This document shows, piece by piece, positions 54,891 to 64,000 of a stretch of DNA of 64,000 bases (within the stretch, counting starts at the first letter, position 1; the number at the start of each line of letters is the position of its first letter). The position numbers and the translations under genes are program-made. The stretch covers positions 34,993-98,992 of the forward strand of contig JAIEMT010000003.1 of the NCBI GenBank assembly GCA_019751945.1. Direction: 5' to 3'. The DNA comes from a bacterium (GTDB lineage: Bacteria > Bdellovibrionota > UBA1018). The notes beneath the pieces are model-generated. The model saw only the letters and a program-made list of their open reading frames with translations. It was not told the DNA's origin and did not search any database.

Positions 54891-55697
54891 TTATGCCGCC
54901 TTCTTTCCAGCTGAAGAAGTTTGAGAATCGATTTCCTTGAAGCTGGGTCTCAAGTGCATAGGAATCGATCGGCGAGCAAATTCGACGCAGACCTTGGGAG
55001 GAGCTTCCCGAGCCAGTGCGATCAGAGCCACTTTGATGACATTATACATCTTCGTGTGCCCTTCGAGATTCGCTTCCATCTTTGCGGCTAACGGCTGCAT
55101 GAATCCGTACGATGCCAAAATCCCCAAAAACGTTCCGACCAACGCTGCAGCGACGCTATGACCGATGACTTCTTTACCTTGGGTCAGCTTACCCATGGTG
55201 ATCACGACCCCCAAGACGGCGGCGACGATCCCCAAACCAGGCATCGCATCCCCGATTCGTGTGACCGTGGCAGGAGCTTGAGCATCATCGTGATGAACCG
55301 TCGCGATGTCGGTATCCAAAAGTTCTTCAAGATCGAAGGGGGTCATCGGCGAGCTGACTTGCATTTTCAAAGTGTCGCAGATGAAGTCGACCATGTGAGG
55401 GTCGTGGAGCACAAACGGATAGCGTTTGAAAATTTCGTTGTCTTTCGGATTTTCTGCGATGGGTTCTAGAGCAAGTGGATTTGCTTTACCGATTTTGAAT
55501 ATCTCATACAAGCAAAGCAGAACTTGTGTGTATTCATCGCGACTGGCAGAATGTCCCGCGATAGTTCCGATTGCTTGCGAAATAATTTTTTTGATTAAAG
55601 TCACAGGCGCAGAAATCAAGAGAGAGCCCAACGCTGCCCCACCAATGATCAACAACTCGACCGGTTGGAAAAGGACGTGGATCTTCCCTCCCTCCAT
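54891..55697 (-). CDS. motA: flagellar motor stator protein MotA
   Basis: 268 aa, 4 TM, MotA/TolQ/ExbB proton-channel C-terminal helices (TFLGILASYGF). Confidence 0.8.
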   Translation of the reverse strand: MEGGKIHVLFQPVELLIIGGAALGSLLISAPVTLIKKIISQAIGTIAGHSASRDEYTQVLLCLYEIFKIGKANPLALEPIAENPKDNEIFKRYPFVLHDPHMVDFICDTLKMQVSSPMTPFDLEELLDTDIATVHHDDAQAPATVTRIGDAMPGLGIVAAVLGVVITMGKLTQGKEVIGHSVAAALVGTFLGILASYGFMQPLAAKMEANLEGHTKMYNVIKVALIALAREAPPKVCVEFARRSIPMHLRPSFKEIDSQTSSAGKKAA

Positions 55698-56021
55698 GAG
55701 GTAGCCCCCGAATACCGAAACAATAACTACGACTACGCCAATGATGACTAGCAGGTGTGTAGCTCCAGTATTCTTATCGCCGGATCCCTATGAATTCCTG
55801 AAAGATTCTTGGGGGTTTGGGCAGATAATTCTGCTGTCAAAAACCCGGCGAGCCTGCCAAAAAGAAGCTCGGCGTCACTGACTCAGCTCAACAATAAAAG
55901 TCGCCAGGCAGCGAACCCCCTCCATTTATTACACAAACTTTACATCTCACCCGCGGAATCCCCCTTCTCTCTTTTGACTCAATGTGTTACGAGCCTTCAA
56001 GCTTTCTGAAAGAGGTGTTCC

Positions 56022-56384
56022 ATGAAGCTGATTTCCGTCATTTTACTGGCTGTTGCCACCACCGTCCGAGCTGCTGAAACGGATTCCCAAGATCCACCGA
56101 CATGCTACTTGCGCAGTGCAGGCAATTCCCTCCGCGCTCCGAAAACTCACTGTAAAGTCACTATCGCTTGTCCCATCGCAGGAACAGACATTCTGGGAAC
56201 GATGTCTTTTGATTGCGAAGCCGACAAACAGGGCTGCCTCTACATCGACGAACCTCGGTCCAGCGATCGCACCGAGCTCACCCAAGATGCGTCCAGCAAA
56301 GTTAGAAAATCTATCGACGGCGGTAAAGCCTATGAAGCCGCCTCCACCTTGGCTTGCGAGAAACTGAAAGCCCTTCAACAGTGA
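56022..56384 (+). CDS. small secreted Cys-rich protein (7 Cys)
   Basis: Signal peptide MKLISVILLAVATTVRA; 120 aa; no known family. Confidence 0.45.
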   Translation: MKLISVILLAVATTVRAAETDSQDPPTCYLRSAGNSLRAPKTHCKVTIACPIAGTDILGTMSFDCEADKQGCLYIDEPRSSDRTELTQDASSKVRKSIDGGKAYEAASTLACEKLKALQQ

Positions 56385-56812
56385 CACTCTATCCCGTTGC
56401 GCTTGCCGCACTTTTCTTCTCTCTCCCCTCTTTCGCCCAAGACCAAGCCGCTCTCTGTGAAACCCACGACGGCATGGCCATTGGAAAAATCACGGAACGC
56501 TTTATTGAAAATGGAGTTCCTAGCGCGAATTTCGCCGGCCACTTCTTTCAAGACGTGGCCTCTGGATCCGGCTTTGATTTGAAGCCCACTCTCGACGGCG
56601 AAGTGGTTTACGGAGTGAAACAAGACAACTGCTATCCCGCCAAACAGGGCGATACGCGAAGCAACTCGAAGGCCGTGTGTAACGGCGTCGCGGGGTCCAT
56701 CAAAGAAATCTACGTTTTGGCAAATGCCTATTTAGGAGAGTTGAGTGAGTTCACTTCTCAAGACCAGAAAACCCACCGACTCGTTCGCGTGAAAGACTGT
56801 CGCTTCAACTAG
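56381..56812 (+). CDS. small secreted Cys-containing protein, GTG start overlapping upstream stop
   Basis: GTG at 56381 overlaps the upstream TGA (GTGA); N-terminus VTLYPVALAALFFSLPSFA is signal-like. Confidence 0.4.
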   Translation: MTLYPVALAALFFSLPSFAQDQAALCETHDGMAIGKITERFIENGVPSANFAGHFFQDVASGSGFDLKPTLDGEVVYGVKQDNCYPAKQGDTRSNSKAVCNGVAGSIKEIYVLANAYLGELSEFTSQDQKTHRLVRVKDCRFN

Positions 56813-57329
56813 CCTTCTTAAACACGCACCGATAATTCTTCGGAAAAGATTTGCTGTAAGGGGCAATCATCAAGTCATCGGGCCGCTCTTCGGATTCATA
56901 TCCATACTTCTCATAGATCAGTGTCGAAACATCTTGAAGTTTGTAAACACCCATAATGATCGAAAGCCCGCCCGTGCCCGGTTTCTTGTCGCCTTCTTTT
57001 TTCCAAATACTGCCGACCACAATCTGCCTTCCTTGATTGTAGGATTCTGGCAATCGAATGGTCCTATAGGTCACACCTTCTCCATCTTTTTCAACGACTT
57101 CGTTGGCGGTGTTCAAATCAGAGATCACTTTTCCGCGAGTGACCTGAAAAATACCCGCTAAGGTTTTAGAGATCGTCAACTCACTGGGCCAGCTGGGGTG
57201 TTTTTCGCAATCTTCGGTCGCAACCCACTTTCCTAGCATTTCTGGAGAGACCTGAACGGGAGCAGGTGCTTTATTTGCCGCAAATGCCGCCGGGACAAAA
57301 ACGAACATCAACAGAAATGGAAACCTCAT
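56805..57329 (-). CDS. secreted hypothetical protein
   Basis: Internal start MRFPFLLMFVFVPAAFA is a signal peptide; ATGA-coupled to the upstream desaturase. Confidence 0.4.
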   Translation of the reverse strand: MRFPFLLMFVFVPAAFAANKAPAPVQVSPEMLGKWVATEDCEKHPSWPSELTISKTLAGIFQVTRGKVISDLNTANEVVEKDGEGVTYRTIRLPESYNQGRQIVVGSIWKKEGDKKPGTGGLSIIMGVYKLQDVSTLIYEKYGYESEERPDDLMIAPYSKSFPKNYRCVFKKAS

Positions 57330-58078
57330 CCGCCCTCCGGCACTCTTCGCACTGAAGCCAAGCGCAAAATTTCTAAAGTACGAATATAAAACCAACCCAA
57401 ATCAAACTCGTACCATTTATGAGAAAGCTTTGCTGAAGCGGGTTGCGCGTGATGGTTGTTGTGCAACTCTTCCCCGCCGATGAACCACGCCCAGGGCACA
57501 ATGTTGCGGCTCGTGTCTTTCAAAACATGATTGCGATAACCCCAGTGGTGGCCAATTCCATTGATCACGCCAGCCGCCCAAAACGGAATCCAAACCATCT
57601 GGACTACAAAAATCAAAGTCCCCGGAACGAGGCCGAACAAGAGGAGATCAATCACGGCCATTGTCACAGGCCCCTTGAAACTATGCGGAGTGTAGAGATG
57701 GTGTTCGATCCAATCGTCCGGAGTACCCTGGCCGTAGCGCTCTAAAGTTTCTGGCTTGGCCGCTTCCCGCGTATAGAGCAAAGCCCCCGTCCAAAGCACG
57801 CGATTGATTCCCAAAACATAGGGACTGTGCGGATCTTCAACGGTGTCGCACTTTGCGTGATGCTTGCGGTGAACCGCAGTCCACTCTTTCGTCACCATCC
57901 CGGTGGTGAGCCAACCCCAGAATCGAAAAAAATGACTGACGATGGGATGCAACTCCAGCGAGCGGTGCGCTTGATGGCGATGTAAAAAAATCGTGACCGT
58001 CGCAATGGTGATATGAGTTAGACCGAGTGCGACAAAGACATACCCCCAAAAGCTTAGTTGGATGAGTCCCTGAAACAT
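57326..58078 (-). CDS. membrane fatty-acid (acyl-CoA/acyl-lipid delta-9-like) desaturase
   Basis: Three His boxes HRHQAHRS, HRKHHA, HNNHHA with the spacing and TM layout of the stearoyl-CoA desaturase family. Confidence 0.75.
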   Translation of the reverse strand: MFQGLIQLSFWGYVFVALGLTHITIATVTIFLHRHQAHRSLELHPIVSHFFRFWGWLTTGMVTKEWTAVHRKHHAKCDTVEDPHSPYVLGINRVLWTGALLYTREAAKPETLERYGQGTPDDWIEHHLYTPHSFKGPVTMAVIDLLLFGLVPGTLIFVVQMVWIPFWAAGVINGIGHHWGYRNHVLKDTSRNIVPWAWFIGGEELHNNHHAQPASAKLSHKWYEFDLGWFYIRTLEILRLASVRRVPEGG

Positions 58079-58118
58079 TCTTTCCGTCTATCACGGAATG
58101 AAGAAAGGGGGGAGAGAG

Positions 58119-58445
58119 CTATCCTTCTGCAGAATCCGCCTGCTTCTCAGCTTCTTCAGCGGAAACAGGAACGCCACGATTCAGAGAGGGGCGCTTGATC
58201 TCGGCGAGGTACGCGTCGAGAATCTTTTTTTCCATGGTGGTGCGGGTGGATTGATTGAGGGGGTGCGCGATATCCTTGAACGCTCCGTCTTTACGGCGCT
58301 TGCTTGGCATCGCAACAAAGAGGCCCGTGTTGCCACTAATGATCTTCAAATCTCGGATAACGAAACAGTTATCCAAGACGATCGTAATATAGGCTTTCAG
58401 CTTCTCTTCGTTCACAGGGAAGACTTTGACTTCAGTGATGTCCAT
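58119..58445 (-). CDS. spoVG: SpoVG family protein
   Basis: MDITEVKVFPVNEEKLKAYITIVLDNCFVIRDLKIISGNTGLFVAMPSKRRKDGAFKDIAHPLN matches SpoVG nearly throughout; GAGGAAG RBS. Confidence 0.78.
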   Translation of the reverse strand: MDITEVKVFPVNEEKLKAYITIVLDNCFVIRDLKIISGNTGLFVAMPSKRRKDGAFKDIAHPLNQSTRTTMEKKILDAYLAEIKRPSLNRGVPVSAEEAEKQADSAEG

Positions 58446-58712
58446 CCGGGCTACTTCCTCCCAATCAGCTCGTGTGGTAACACTCTGAATCACTTAAATC
58501 GGCACAGAAATCAAATATATTAGAGCCCACACCCAATTCCCCTACAGTGTAATGAATTCACTTCTACTTTACTATGGGGGAGTTGACGGAACTCGAGAAA
58601 TAACCCTAAGTGATTGATTTTTAGCTCGTTTGATAGGAAGCGCCAAAATCGTAAGTGGCTTAAATGACTTGGTTCTGCGCAAAAACCAACCAAAGTCCTT
58701 AATATAAACTTA

Positions 58713-61295
58713 TCAATCAAACACGATTTGACCACCCCGCGCATCAACCAATACAGTCGAACCTGGAGCGAACTTACCCTTCAAAAGCTCCATAGCTAAG
58801 GGATTTTGGACTTCTTTCTGAAAGACTCGCTTCATGGGTCGAGCCCCGTAATCCCGATCGTAACCCTTCTCACTCAGGAGGGTGAGCGCCTTTTCAGTGA
58901 ACTCTAACTGCAGATTCTTCTCTTTCAACATACGATTGAGCGAATCCACATAGTGACCCACAATCGAGCGTAGGTCTGACGGCTCGAGATGAGAGAAAAT
59001 TAAAATCTCATCGATTCGATTTAAAAACTCGGGACGGAAATGTTGGCGAACTAGTTCCATCACTCCCGCTTCTCGCTTCTTCGTGTCGCTTTCTTCCAGA
59101 ATCAAACGACTACCAATGTTTGAAGTCATGATGATAATGGCGTTCGTGAAATTCACCGTACGACCTTGCCCATCTGTGGCGCGACCATCATCTAAAATCT
59201 GCAAGAAGACGTTGAAGACATCGGGATGCGCCTTTTCGATCTCATCTAAAAGAATGACCGCGTAGGGCCGACGACGAACCGCTTCTGTGAGCGCTCCCCC
59301 CTCTTCGTAACCGACGTAGCCCGGAGGCGCGCCGATCAGTCGGGCAACGGAATGTTTTTCCATGTACTCACTCATATCGATGCGAACCATGGCTTGCGGA
59401 TCGTCGAAAAGAAATTCGGCTAGTGCCTTGGCGGTTTCGGTTTTACCCACTCCGGTAGGACCTAAGAACAAAAAAGAACCCATGGGCCGATGGCGCTCTT
59501 GCAAACCTAGACGCGAACGTCGCACAGCATTCGAAATAGCAGAGATCGCCTCTTTCTGACCGACCACTCGCTTCGCCAATCGCTCTTCCATATGAACCAG
59601 CTTCTGCTGTTCGCCTTCCATCATCTTGGCAACGGGCACACCAGTCCACTTGGCCACGACTTCAGCAATGTCGTTCTCGGTCACTTCTTGCCGCAACAGA
59701 GAAGCCTTCGAGGTGTGTGCAGCTTCTTCCTTCAACTTCGCATCGAGTTGTTTTTGAAGCGCCAGCAACTTCCCGTAGCGGAGCTCCGCTGCCTTTTCGA
59801 GGTTGCCTTGTCGCTCGGCTTGCTCCGATTCGAGGCGAACTTTTTCAATCTGTTCCTTGACTTCCTGAACGGCAGTTACTTCGGCCTTTTCACGCTCCCA
59901 CTGCGCCTTGAGACCAGAGCTTTCAGATTTCAACTCCGTCAAATCCTGCTCGATCTGCTTGAGGCGAGATTGAGACCCAGAATCGCGTTCCTTCTTCAAA
60001 GCTTGGCGCTCCACCTCTAGCTGCAGAATTTTTCGCTCGAGTTGGTCAATGACTTCAGGACGGGAATCAATTGCCATTCGAAGTTTTGAAGCCGCCTCAT
60101 CGACCAAGTCGATTGCTTTATCGGGAAGAAATCGATCCGAAATATAGCGATGTGAAAGAGTCGCCGCCGCTACCAGTGCCGCGTCGCGAATGGACACCCC
60201 ATGGTGCAACTCGTATTTCTCTTTCAGACCTCGCAAAATGCTGACCGTATCTTCGACGGAAGATTCGCGCACGTAGACCGGTTGGAAACGCCGTTCGAGA
60301 GCCGCATCTTTTTCGATATGCTTTCGATATTCATCTAAGGTAGTGGCACCGATGCAGCGAAGCTCTCCGCGAGCTAAAGCGGGCTTCAACATATTCGATG
60401 CATCCATGGCACCCTCTGCGGCACCCGCACCTACTAAAGTGTGAAGTTCGTCAACAAAGAGGATGACTTCCCCTTCGGCCTTGCTCACTTCTTTCAAAAC
60501 TGTCTTGAGACGCTCTTCAAATTCACCGCGAAATTTCGCACCCGCCAAAAGGGCCCCTAAGTCTAAAGTGAGAAGTCTCTTTTCTTTCAGTCCTTCCGGA
60601 ACGTCGCCCGCAATGATTCGAAGAGCCAGGCCTTCCACGATGGCCGTCTTGCCGACGCCAGGCTCCCCAATGAGAACGGGATTGTTTTTAGTTCGACGAG
60701 AGAGCACTTGAATCACCCGACGAATTTCTTCATCCCGTCCAATGACGGGATCCAACTTTTGTTTTCGAGCGGCATCGGTGAGATCACGGCAATACTTTTC
60801 TAAGGCTCGGTATTTTCCTTCCGGTTCGGGATCTTGAATTTTTTCTCCTCCCCGAGTTTTTTGGATGGCCTGAGTGAGCGAAGCTCTTGTCACGCCACTC
60901 TCTGAAAGCGCGCGCGCTGCTTCGGTGTCTTTGGATTGAGAAGAAAAGAGTGCGAGGAGAAAGTGTTCGCCCGATATGTATTCATCGCCGAGCTTCTTGG
61001 CCTCATCTTCGGCCATGACTAAAACCCGGTTTAATTTCCCAGACGCGTAGACTTGATCGTTTCCGCCGGAAACGCGGGGTTGCTTGGTTAGAGCCGACTG
61101 TAAGCGCGCTTTAAGCGCCTGAAGGTTGGCACCGGCAACTTGAAGAATATTCGAAACAACGCCCTGGCCGTCGTCCTGGTTCAGCAGCGCTAAGAACACA
61201 TGTTCCGCGCTGAGTTCCTGATGCTCGCGTCGAATCGCCTCAGCCTGACCCTGTTGAACTGCCTCTTGGAAACTGTTTGTTAGCTTTAAACTCAT
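58713..61295 (-). CDS. clpB: ATP-dependent chaperone ClpB
   Basis: 860 aa; two AAA+ modules with Walker A GEPGVGKT and GPTGVGKT, long middle coiled-coil. Confidence 0.92.
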   Translation of the reverse strand: MSLKLTNSFQEAVQQGQAEAIRREHQELSAEHVFLALLNQDDGQGVVSNILQVAGANLQALKARLQSALTKQPRVSGGNDQVYASGKLNRVLVMAEDEAKKLGDEYISGEHFLLALFSSQSKDTEAARALSESGVTRASLTQAIQKTRGGEKIQDPEPEGKYRALEKYCRDLTDAARKQKLDPVIGRDEEIRRVIQVLSRRTKNNPVLIGEPGVGKTAIVEGLALRIIAGDVPEGLKEKRLLTLDLGALLAGAKFRGEFEERLKTVLKEVSKAEGEVILFVDELHTLVGAGAAEGAMDASNMLKPALARGELRCIGATTLDEYRKHIEKDAALERRFQPVYVRESSVEDTVSILRGLKEKYELHHGVSIRDAALVAAATLSHRYISDRFLPDKAIDLVDEAASKLRMAIDSRPEVIDQLERKILQLEVERQALKKERDSGSQSRLKQIEQDLTELKSESSGLKAQWEREKAEVTAVQEVKEQIEKVRLESEQAERQGNLEKAAELRYGKLLALQKQLDAKLKEEAAHTSKASLLRQEVTENDIAEVVAKWTGVPVAKMMEGEQQKLVHMEERLAKRVVGQKEAISAISNAVRRSRLGLQERHRPMGSFLFLGPTGVGKTETAKALAEFLFDDPQAMVRIDMSEYMEKHSVARLIGAPPGYVGYEEGGALTEAVRRRPYAVILLDEIEKAHPDVFNVFLQILDDGRATDGQGRTVNFTNAIIIMTSNIGSRLILEESDTKKREAGVMELVRQHFRPEFLNRIDEILIFSHLEPSDLRSIVGHYVDSLNRMLKEKNLQLEFTEKALTLLSEKGYDRDYGARPMKRVFQKEVQNPLAMELLKGKFAPGSTVLVDARGGQIVFD

Positions 61296-61341
61296 ATCTA
61301 AAAGATGAGTTCAAAGTAGTCCGAGTCAAGGCCGGGACCGA

Positions 61342-62922
61342 TTATTTCTTATTGAAGTCCAGCACAACCACTTGAAATACTTCGGTTCCTCGGGGGTCTA
61401 CCCGGCGCACACGAAGGAGGTAACTCTTCTTTTCCTTTACAACGGAATAGAAGTCGTCTTCATCCTTAATAGTCTTAGTGTCGACCTCAATGATGACATC
61501 CCCACGCATGAGGCCCGAGCGGTCGGCAGCCCCACCGTAGGCAACATTCGTCACCACGATGCCGGTGGCACTGTCCTTCATGCCCAACTCTTTTTTGGTT
61601 TGGGAGTCGAGGGTTTCGACTTCCATGCCGGTGTCGACATGGGCCTTCTTAGGATCTTTCTTATTCTTCTTCGGTTCTTTGTTTGCAGCCTGCTGACCAT
61701 TCGGACGCTGACTGATCTTAATGGTGAGATTTTGTTCCCCACCCTTACGCCAAACCTTGATGGGAACCGATTGGTCTATTCCAGTCGCGGTCACCTTACT
61801 CACCAGCTCCGCTCCGTTTTTCACGGGCTTGCCGTTGAACTCTAAAATCACGTCGTAGGGTTTCAAGCCCGCCTTATCTGCTGGTTCACCCGGACGAATT
61901 TCAGTAACGATCGGACCGCGGAGATTCTTCGGCAAATTGAGCTTAGTCGTAATCTGCGGGGTGAGTTCTTGAATTCCCACGCCGATATAGCCACGACTGA
62001 CTGAACCCTTGCTTCGCAGCTGGGGGAGTACGGTCTTCACTAGGCTAATCGGAATTGCAAAACCAATTCCCTGAGCACCTTGGTGAATGGCGTTGTTGAT
62101 GCCAATCACTTCGCCCTTCAGGTTCACGAGCGGTCCTCCCGAGTTTCCAGGATTAATGGGAGCATCGGTTTGTAAATAATTTGCAAGCTGGAAGTCCGGC
62201 GCGCGGCGCTGCTTCGCCGAAATAATTCCATGAGTAACGGAGTGCCCTTGGCCGAACGGATTTCCCACGGCCATGACGTATTCGCCTACTTCCAAGGTAT
62301 CGGAATCACCCAGCGGGAGCGGCACGAGCTGCCTGTTCGTTTTTACGCGAATGAGAGCTAAATCCAGCTCGGGGTCGCGGCCCACCACTTGGCCGTCAGT
62401 CGGTTTCTCGTCTTCATCTTCAGTAAAAATAATTTTGATTTCTTCTGCCTCTGCCACGACATGGTTGTTAGTGAGAATCAAACCTGTACTGTCGATGATG
62501 AAGCCGGTACCGAGAGACATCGCGCGTGGAGCATTCTTCGGAGCAGGGCCCGGACGAGGAGCATCTTCCTCATCGCCCTCGTCATCGTCTCCTCCGCCGC
62601 GAGGACCGGGGTATCCCCCTGCTCCACCACGATTTCTAAACATATCTTCAAAGAATCGGAAAAAATCATCCGGCGTTCCTGGACGGTATTGACCGCCGCG
62701 CGCGGACGAAAAAGTCGAAATGTTCACCACGGAAGGCACAGCTTTCTTTGCTAAGCCCACAAAAATATTTGCGGCATTCGGCGTGACCGAAGAAGCAAAG
62801 GCCGTAGTCGCTTCAGGAGTCTTCGAAAAATTCCCCGATAGTAAAAAAACTCCAGACAGAATGACGATCACATTCACTGCCAGAATGAACTGAACAATAG
62901 GATTAGACTTGGTGTGGTTCAT
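61342..62922 (-). CDS. degP: periplasmic serine endoprotease DegP/HtrA (Do family) with PDZ domains
   Basis: Trypsin-like triad with GNSGGPL active-site Ser motif, two PDZ segments, N-terminal signal/TM, Gly-rich linker. Confidence 0.85.
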   Translation of the reverse strand: MNHTKSNPIVQFILAVNVIVILSGVFLLSGNFSKTPEATTAFASSVTPNAANIFVGLAKKAVPSVVNISTFSSARGGQYRPGTPDDFFRFFEDMFRNRGGAGGYPGPRGGGDDDEGDEEDAPRPGPAPKNAPRAMSLGTGFIIDSTGLILTNNHVVAEAEEIKIIFTEDEDEKPTDGQVVGRDPELDLALIRVKTNRQLVPLPLGDSDTLEVGEYVMAVGNPFGQGHSVTHGIISAKQRRAPDFQLANYLQTDAPINPGNSGGPLVNLKGEVIGINNAIHQGAQGIGFAIPISLVKTVLPQLRSKGSVSRGYIGVGIQELTPQITTKLNLPKNLRGPIVTEIRPGEPADKAGLKPYDVILEFNGKPVKNGAELVSKVTATGIDQSVPIKVWRKGGEQNLTIKISQRPNGQQAANKEPKKNKKDPKKAHVDTGMEVETLDSQTKKELGMKDSATGIVVTNVAYGGAADRSGLMRGDVIIEVDTKTIKDEDDFYSVVKEKKSYLLRVRRVDPRGTEVFQVVVLDFNKK

Positions 62923-63200
62923 TTTTTTCCCGCTTTCTTTTGAATCTCTACGAATCTCATTCGCGTTTCAAAAAGCAGCTGATCGAGCAGTTTGTCTTCT
63001 TCAGGAGTGCGATTACCCTTGGTCTTTTCCCAAATCAATTCGAGCAAATCGATGTTGTGACGGGCCAGTTCCAAATTTTGCTGAGGCTTCTCTCCTTCTC
63101 CGGCTGGTAAAATTCCCAGGCCCATGAAAGCAGCCGAAGAAACCGACAGCATGAAAGTGGTGAGATCAATCTTTGGTAACTGAGTAGAATCGGTTCCCAT
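62919..63200 (-). CDS. DUF1844 domain protein
   Basis: 93 aa; IDLTTFMLSVSSAAFMGLG...NLELARHNIDLLELIWEKTKGN matches the DUF1844 pattern; ATGA-coupled downstream of degP. Confidence 0.55.
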   Translation of the reverse strand: MGTDSTQLPKIDLTTFMLSVSSAAFMGLGILPAGEGEKPQQNLELARHNIDLLELIWEKTKGNRTPEEDKLLDQLLFETRMRFVEIQKKAGKK

Positions 63201-63236
63201 ATAAGGACGAGATTTACCTTAGATTTCCGAAGAGAA

Positions 63237-63992
63237 CTAGCCTGGAATCAGGGAAAGCGGGTGACGGATGGGGGCAGGATGGAAGATATAGTGGTAAAGA
63301 GAAGTCGGATACCAAATCTGGCCAGAACCATAGATTTGAGTGTCTCGAATTTTCTGCACCGCATTGAACAATGCCTGAGACCGACTCAAAGCCTGGTTTT
63401 GAGAAACAAAACCGTAGCGCCCCCCGATGAAGAGTAAGAACTTCACCCAAGGAACAAGCACGCAGAACCAGAGGAAGGTCACGATCGAGAAGTCTTCTCC
63501 CGGCACAGTCGGTTCAGAAATTCGATCATTTGAGAAAAAGAAGCGCACCCATCCGGCAGGAGCCAAGCTCAAAAGAGCCCCGGCCATGAGCGAACAGAGC
63601 CCTTGGAGCACCAAACCGGGACGACGAGTTTCAGGAGCCGCTTCGGCAATCACGGATTCGATTTCACTCTCATTTAAGAGAGCAATCAAACCCCGGTTAA
63701 GAAAGAGGCTGCCCTTCCCGAACAAGGATCGCACCACCAATAAATTGGGATTCGGATCGTCGATCACAAAGAGGCGCACGTTTTTCGAAAGACGATACTT
63801 TGCCGATTCTTCCGGAATGGCTTTGAATTTTTTAATGTAGATACGCTCGATCTGGGTACAGAACAACCACGTCGCGGCGACTGCAATAGCCACGCCTACC
63901 CACGCCAGCTGCGGCTGGAATGAAACCAACACAATTGGAAACGAGATGCAGAGAGAGAGAAATGTCTCCAACACCAAAACTCGAAACCACAC
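63237..63992 (-). CDS. polytopic membrane protein, hypothetical
   Basis: 251-aa ORF with several TM helices; start codon within 8 nt of the window end; no motif recognised. Confidence 0.35.
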   Translation of the reverse strand: MWFRVLVLETFLSLCISFPIVLVSFQPQLAWVGVAIAVAATWLFCTQIERIYIKKFKAIPEESAKYRLSKNVRLFVIDDPNPNLLVVRSLFGKGSLFLNRGLIALLNESEIESVIAEAAPETRRPGLVLQGLCSLMAGALLSLAPAGWVRFFFSNDRISEPTVPGEDFSIVTFLWFCVLVPWVKFLLFIGGRYGFVSQNQALSRSQALFNAVQKIRDTQIYGSGQIWYPTSLYHYIFHPAPIRHPLSLIPG

Positions 63993-64000
63993 GAACAGTG

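Noticed and set aside
59592-60020. 142-aa Leu-rich ORF antisense to the clpB coiled-coil region
   Set aside because: Typical antisense of a Glu/Lys/Leu-rich coiled-coil coding region.
1-64000. CRISPR arrays, rRNA genes or additional tRNAs
   Set aside because: No regularly spaced short direct repeats were found, nor any rRNA-like conserved blocks. Only the one tRNA-Gln folds convincingly by manual inspection. The tandem repeat at 10056-10157 is intragenic and has just two units.

Overview
This 64-kb window looks like a Bdellovibrio-like (Bdellovibrionota) chromosome segment. The organism call is an inference from GC near 50 percent, a TIGR02147-family protein, many secreted proteins or lipoproteins, and the conserved rpsB-tsf-pyrH-frr-uppS-cdsA-rseP block. 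The left two thirds (1-36.6 kb) is dense core metabolism and housekeeping. It contains an EamA transporter, an acyl-CoA thioesterase, tryptophan 2,3-dioxygenase, a split class I fumarase, Dus, PepP and ThyX. It also contains a LemA-TPM-TPM operon, the rpsB-to-rseP block, TsaB, Psd-PssA-Asd, TruA, trigger factor and an S8 protease. A tRNA-Gln(TTG) lies at 36614-36688. It is followed by an accessory region of about 15.6 kb that looks like an integrated mobile island. The island carries a tyrosine integrase split by an IS3-family insertion, an AlpA-type excisionase and an IS256-family element. It also carries a pT181 RepC-like rolling-circle replication initiator. Its largest cargo is a tightly packed five-gene envelope operon of a beta-propeller lipoprotein, a TPR protein, a LysM protein, an OM beta-barrel and an 894-aa Thr/Ser/Gly-rich surface lipoprotein. 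The remaining cargo is an OmpW-like OMP, a BrnT/BrnA toxin-antitoxin pair and a TauE exporter. An exact inverted 20-bp copy of the tRNA-Gln 3' end at 52204-52223 may mark the far edge of the island. It sits inside a 600-bp structured non-coding region. The right end (52.4-64 kb) returns to core genes: DUF1428, a Zn-ribbon protein, a PDZ protein, MotAB, small Cys-rich secreted proteins, a delta-9-like desaturase, SpoVG, ClpB, DegP and DUF1844. The tRNA call is high confidence, while the island extent and the RepC-like call are moderate. No CRISPR array or rRNA was seen. All calls come from reading the sequence and ORF translations, with no database searches run.
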